Shown here: positions 33,906-39,691 of the stretch, one piece after another
How the letters are laid out: each line of letters opens with the position of its first letter
Numbering within the stretch: position 1 is the stretch's first letter
DNA from: Callorhinchus milii
Taxonomy: Eukaryota
DNA length: 39,691 nucleotides
Assembly: GCF_018977255.1 (NCBI RefSeq)
Contig: NW_024705496.1
Coordinates: 1 to 39,691, forward strand
Direction of reading: 5' to 3'
Made by a program: the position numbers and the translations under genes
Notes under the pieces: model-generated
Seen by the model: only the letters and a program-made list of their open reading frames with translations
What the model was told of the DNA's origin: nothing
The model's database searches: none

Positions 33906-36177
33906 CCCCTCTCGACTCTCTTCCCCCTCCTCGTTCCCTCGCTTCCCTCCCCTAAATCTGGCCATTCCCCCCCTTCTCGCTCCCTCCCTTCCCTCCCCTC
34001 AACCTGACCATTTCACCCCTCATCGCTCACCCCCTTCTCTCCCTCACCCTGACCATTTCCCCCCTCCTCGCTACCTCCCTTCCCTCCCCTCACCCTGACC
34101 ATTCCCCCACTCCTCGCTTCCTCCCTTCCCTCCACTGACCCTGATCATTTGCCCCTCTCCACGCTTACTCGCTTCCCTCACCTGACCGTGACCATCGACC
34201 CCATCCTCCCTCACTGCCTCCTCTCCCTTCACCCTGACAAACTCCCCCTCCTCGCTCCCTCCCTTCCCTCCCCTCACCCTGACAATTTGCCCCTCCTCGC
34301 TCCCTCCCTTCCCTACCCTCACACTGACCATTTCACCCATCCTCGCTCGCTCACAAACCTCCCGTCACACTGAACTCCCCCCCCCCGCTCCCCCCCTTCC
34401 CTCCCCACATCCTGAACATTTCCCCCTCCTCGCTCCTTCCCTCCCCTCAGATCACGCTGACCATTTCCCCTCTCCTCGCTAGCTCACTTCCTTCCCCTCA
34501 CCCTGACCATCAACCCCCTCCCCGCTCCCTCCTTTCCCTCCCCTCACCATGACCATTTCCTCCAAGCCTCGCTCCCTCTCTTCACTCCGCTCATCCTGAC
34601 CATTCCCCCAATCCTCGCTCCATCCCTTCCCTCCCCTGTCGCTGACCATCAACCGCCTCCTCGCTCCCTCCTTTCCCTCCCCTCACCATGACCATTTCCC
34701 CCAATCCTCGCTCCCTCCCTTCCCTCCGCTCATCCTGACCATTCCCCCACTCCTCGCTCCCTCCCTTCCCTCCACTGACCCTGATCATTTCCCCCTCTCC
34801 TCGCTCCCTCCGTCCCTCGCTTCCGCTCACCCGACCAGTTCCCCCTTCCTCGCTCCCTCCCATCCACCCCTCACCCAGACAATTTCCCACTCCTCGAACC
34901 ATCCCTTCACTCCCCTGACCCTGAAAATCTCCCCCCCCCCACCTCGCTCCCTCCCTTCCGTCGCCTCAGCCGACCATATCCCTCTCCTCGCTCACTCCCT
35001 TCCCTCCCTTCACCCTGACCATTTCCCCTCTCCTCGCTCCCTGCCTTCGCTCCCCTGACCCTGATCATTCACCCCCACCTCGCTCACTCCCTTCCATCTC
35101 CTGACCCTGAACATCTCCCCCATCCTCGGTCCTTCCCTCCTCTCCCTTCACACTGACCATCTCCCCCCTCGCTCCCTCCCCTGCCCCTGACCATTCCCGC
35201 TCTAATCGCTCCCTCCCTTCCCCCCCTCACTCTGACCATTTCCCCCTCCTCGCTCCCTCCCTCCGCTCCCCTCAAGCTGACCATTTCCCCCCTCCTCGCT
35301 TCCTCCCATCACCCTGAACATCTCCCCCCTCCTCGCTCCCTCCCTTCCCTCCCGTCACCCTGACAATTTGCCCCTCCTCGCTCCCTCCCTTCCCTACCCA
35401 AACCCTTATCAATTAACCCCTCCTCGCTTCTTCCCTCCACTCAGATCAGGCTGACCATTTCTCCCCTCCTTGCTCACTCACATACCTCCCCTCACCCTGA
35501 ACATCACCCCCGCTCGCTCACTCCCTTCCCTCCCCTCACCCTGAGCATTCCGCCCTCCTCGCTCTTTCCCTCCCCTCAGATCACACTGACCATTTCCCCC
35601 CTCCTCGCTCATTCACATACTTCACCTCACCCTGACCATTTCCCCCCTCCTCTCTCCCATACTTCCCTCCTCTCACCCTCACCATTTCCCCCTCCTCGCT
35701 CTCTCCCTTCCCTCCCCTCACCTTGATCAATTCCCCCTCCCTTCTCTCCCATCACCGTGACCATTTCCTCCCTCCCTTCCCTCCCCTCACCCTGACCATT
35801 CCACCCCTCTTCGCTCCCTCCCTTCCCTCCCCTCAACCTGAACATTTCCCCCCTCCTGGCTCCTTCCCTCCCCTCAGATCACCCTGACCATTTCCCCTCC
35901 TCGCTCCCTCCCTTCCCTCCCTTCACCCTGAAAATTTCCCCACTCCTCGCTCCTTCCCTCCCCTCAGATCACGCTGACCATTTCCCCCCTCCTTGCTCAC
36001 TCACATACTTCCCCTCACCCTGACCATCTTGCCCCTCCTCTCTCCCTCCCTTCCCTCCTCTCACCCTGACAATTTCCCCCTCCTCGCTCTTTCCCTTCCC
36101 TAACCTCCCCCTGATCAATTCCCCCTCCCTTCTCTCCCATCACCATGACCATTTCCTCCCTCCCTACCCTCCCCTCA
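33906..36177 (+). repeat. ~2.3 kb expansion of the 46-bp L2 3'-UTR minisatellite (C-rich on +); L2 terminal tail absent
   Basis: CCTCCTCGCTCCCTCCCTTCCCTCCCCTCACCCTGACCATTTCCCC variants directly continue the L2 3' UTR. Confidence 0.92.
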
Positions 36178-36540
36178 CTGTTATACATAGATTTGTATTC
36201 AGAGACAAGGACTGCTATACAGAGACCAGATTCACTTTTTGGACAACAGTTATATTTCACAGAGATCAGATATATTACACAGAGAACAAACCTGTCGTAT
36301 ATAGACCATGCCTGTTATACAGGCACGTGGAACCCAATACAGAAACGTTGCCTGCTATATAGAAGAACAGGATCCTATTAGAGGGCCAAGGCTTTTTGTC
36401 CATAGTCCTAGCCTGGTATACAGAGACAGGGCCTATATAAAAAAACATATTTCATACAGAAATGAGGCCTGTTATACAGAAAATAGAAAATAGGACTGTT
36501 ATACAGAGAACAGAACTGTTATACAGATATCAATCTGACG

Positions 36541-36846
36541 TGGAGTCCTGTAGCTCAGTGTTTAGAGCACTCGTTTGCAACCGAGAGACCTGAGTTCAAT
36601 TCCAGGCAGAGGGCGAAACCTTGGGCAAGTTTCCTTACTCCACACAGAGCCTTATAATAATCCCTCCAAAACCCCCCAAAAAATAAATAAATTGGTCATT
36701 TTCAATCTACGACTGTTTGTGGGACATTGCTGTGCGCATTGGCTGCCGCGTTCGCCCACAAATATACAGTCAATTCACTTTACAGTGTGTTCTGTGAAGG
36801 CTTTGGGACGTCCTCCGACGTGAAAAGCGCTATATCAAATGCGAGG

Positions 36847-36905
<59 letters not shown>
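36541..36905 (+). mobile_element. SINE (duplicate of 24060-24430)
   Basis: Same head, core, tail and flanks. Confidence 0.95.
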
Positions 36906-37145
36906 CTGTTGTTCAGAATGGGATGTATAAACCAAGGAACGGGACGAGGTTGACAAGCTTCTGAGAACGATTGGAAGTGATACGTGGAACATGCGTTATT
37001 GAAACATTTTTCATGTGCTGTTCAGCCAGTGATGTCTGGTCAAATAGTATCGCACGAGCGACACCCAGAAGTCAGAAACGCAGTACATTCTTTACGCTGG
37101 ACTTAAATTATAATATTTATAATAATGTTCACGATTACATTTGAT

Positions 37146-39263
37146 ACAACAACAACAACCGTTTATAGAGCGCCTTTCAGGTCGGAGGACGTCCCGAGGC
37201 GCTGGACAGTTAGGTCGGGACCCGAGCAGTGGGGAAATGGTCAGGGAGAGGGTAGGGAAGGGAGGCAGCGAGGAGAGGGAAATGTTCAGGGTGAGGGGAG
37301 GGAAGGGAAGGAGCGAGGAGGGGGAAATGGTCACGGTGAGTGGAGAGAAGGGAGGGGGAAATGGTCAGGGTGGGGGGAAGAAGGGAGGGAGCGAGGAGGG
37401 GGAGATGGTCAGGGTGAGGGGGGGAAGTGAGGGAGCGAGGAGGGGGAAATGGTCAATGGGAGGGGATGCGAGGGAGGGAGCGAGGAGTGAGGAATGATCA
37501 GGGTGAGGGGGGGAAGTGAGTGAGCGAGCAAGGGGGAAATGGTCAGCGGGAGGGGATGGGAGGCAGGGAGCGAGGAGTGGGGAATGGTCAAGGGAAGGGA
37601 GGGATCGAGGAGGGTGGAAATGTTCAGCGTGAGGGGAGGGAAGGGAGGGAGCTAGGAGGGGGAAAGGGTCAGGGTGAGGGGAGGGAAGTGAGGGAGCGAG
37701 GTGTGGGGAGATGGTCAGGGTGAGGGGAGGTATGTGTGTGAGCGAGTAGAGGGGAAATGGTCAGCGTGATCTGAGGGGAGGGAAGGAGCGAGGAGGGGGG
37801 AAATGTTCAGCGTGAGGGGATGGAAGGGAAGGAGCGAGGTGGGGGGAAATGTTCAGCGTGAGGGGATGGAAGGGAGGGAGCGAGGTGGGGGGAGATGGTC
37901 AGGTTGAGTGGAGATATGTGAGTGAGCGAGGAGGGGGAAATGGTCAGCGCGATCTGAGGGGAGGGAAGGAGCGAGAAGGGGGGAAATGTTTAGGGTGAGG
38001 GGAGGGAAGGGAGGGAGCGAGGAGGGGTGGAATGGTCAGGGTGAGGGGAGAGAAGAGACGGAGCGTGGATTGGGAGAAATGGTCAGTGTGAGGGGAGGGA
38101 AGGGAGGGAGGAAATGATCACGGTGATGCGAGAGAAGGGAGGGGGAATTGATCAGTGTGAGAGGAGGGAAGGGAGGGAGAGAGGAGGGGCGAGATGGTCA
38201 GGGTGAGGGGAAGTATGTGCGTGAGCGAGGAGGGGGGAAATGGTCAGCGTGATGTGAGGGGAGGGAAGGAGCGAGGAGGGGGGAAATTTTCAAGGTGAAG
38301 GGAGGGAAGGGAGGGAGCGAGGAAGGGGGAATGGTCAGGGTGATGGGGGGAAGGGAGGGAGGAAATGGTCAGGGTGATGGGAGATAAGAGAGGGGGAATT
38401 GATAAGGGTGAGGGAGTGGATGAGCGGGAGCGCGGAGGGGGGAAATGTTCAGCGTGAGGGGAGGGAAGGGAGGGAGCTAGGAGGGGGAAAGGGTCAGGGT
38501 GAAGGGAGGGAAGTGAGGGAGCGAGGTGTGGGGAGATGCTCAGGGTGAGGGGAGTTATGTGAGTGAGCGAGGAGGGGGGAAATGGTCAGCGTGATCTGAT
38601 GGGAGGGAAGGAGCGAGGAGGGGGGAAATGTTCAGGGTGAGAGGAGGGAAGAGACGGAGCGAGGATTGGGGGAAATGGTCATGTTGAAGGGAGGGCAATG
38701 AGGGAGTGAGGACGGAGGGAATGGACAGGGTGAGGGGAGGGAAGGGAGCTAGCGAGGAGAGGGGAAGTGGTCAGAGTGAGGGGAGGGAAGGGAGTGGGAA
38801 ATGATCAGGGTGAGGGTAGGGAAGGGAGTGAGCAAGAAGGGGCAAAGAGTTAGGGTGACGGGAGGAAAGGAAGGGAGCGAGTAGTGGGGAGATGATCAGC
38901 GGGAGGGGATGGGATGGAGGGAGCGAGAAGGGGGGAAATGTTCAGGGTGAGGGAGTGGATGGGCGGGAGCGCGGAGGGGGGAAATGTTCAGCTTGAGGGG
39001 AGGGGAGGGAGGGAGCGAGGAGAGGGAAATGGTTCGGGTGACGGGAGGGAACGGAGGGAGAGAGGAGTTGGGAAATGTTCAGGGTGAGGGGATGGAAGGG
39101 AGGGAGCGAGGAGGGGGAAAGGGTCAGGGTGAGGGGAGCGAAATGAGGGAGCGAGGTGGGGGGAGATGGTCAGGTTGAGTGGAGATATGTGAGTGAGCGA
39201 GTAGGGGGAAATGGTCAGCGTTATCTGAGGGGAGGGAAGGAGCGAGAAGGGGGGAAATGTTTA
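37146..39263 (-). repeat. L2 3' terminus plus 46-bp minisatellite (duplicate of 24674-26797)
   Basis: Collinear with copy A. Confidence 0.92.
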
Positions 39264-39596
39264 TGGAGTCCTGTAGCTCAGTGGTTAGAGCACTTGCTTT
39301 GCAAGCAAGACACCTGGGTTCAATTCCAGGCAGGGCGAAACCTTGGGCAAGTTTCCTTACTCCACACGCCTAATAATAATCCCTCCAAAAAACCCAAAAA
39401 CAATAATAAATTGGTCATTTTCAATCTACGACTGTTTGTGGGACATTGCTGTGCGCAATTGGCTGCCGCGTTCGCCCACAAATATACAGTCAATTCACTT
39501 TACAGTATATTCTGTGAAGCGCTTTGGGACGTCCTCCCGACGTGAAAAGCGCTATATCAAATGCAAGGATTATTATTATTATATTATTATTATTAT
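39264..39596 (+). mobile_element. SINE (duplicate of 26798-27130)
   Basis: Same sequence and insertion site. Confidence 0.95.
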
Positions 39597-39691
39597 GGTG
39601 AGGGGAGGGAAGGGAGGGAGCGAGGAGGGGTGGAATGGTCAGGGTGAGGGGAGAGAACAGACGGAGCGAGGATTGGGGGAAATGGTCAGTG

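Larger units (their letters stand above)
36178..39691 (+). repeat. Direct segmental duplication, copy B (runs to window end)
   Basis: Matches 23691-27225. Confidence 0.95.

Overview
Eukaryotic, repeat-rich vertebrate genomic DNA. The SINE/L2/CR1 repeat families and the GPCR type point to a cartilaginous fish, possibly a holocephalan such as elephant shark (inference, not verified). Genes: (1) two paralogous, apparently intact two-exon class-A GPCR genes of the GPR139/GPR142-like type on the minus strand, each 70 bp + 911 bp = 326 aa; the ORF track misses both first exons (10113-10182 and 23130-23199); (2) a decayed histone H1-like gene at ~1620-2160 whose stop codon was separated from the coding region by a CR1 insertion with a 5-bp TSD; (3) an orphan, frameshifted B30.2 (PRY-SPRY) terminal exon of TRIM/butyrophilin type at 31786-32311 with a poly(A) signal. 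Most of the rest is L2 and CR1 LINE fragments, a tRNA-Ala-headed Deu-type SINE family sharing its 3' end with L2, several minisatellites (22, 26, 28 and ~46 bp; the last is seeded from the L2 3' UTR), long CA/CT tracts, a promoter-like ZNF143/CTCF motif cluster at ~17560-17650, and a ~3.5 kb direct duplication (23691-27225 vs 36178-39691). Most ORF-track entries are artefacts of repeats. No prokaryotic systems (CRISPR etc.) are supported.
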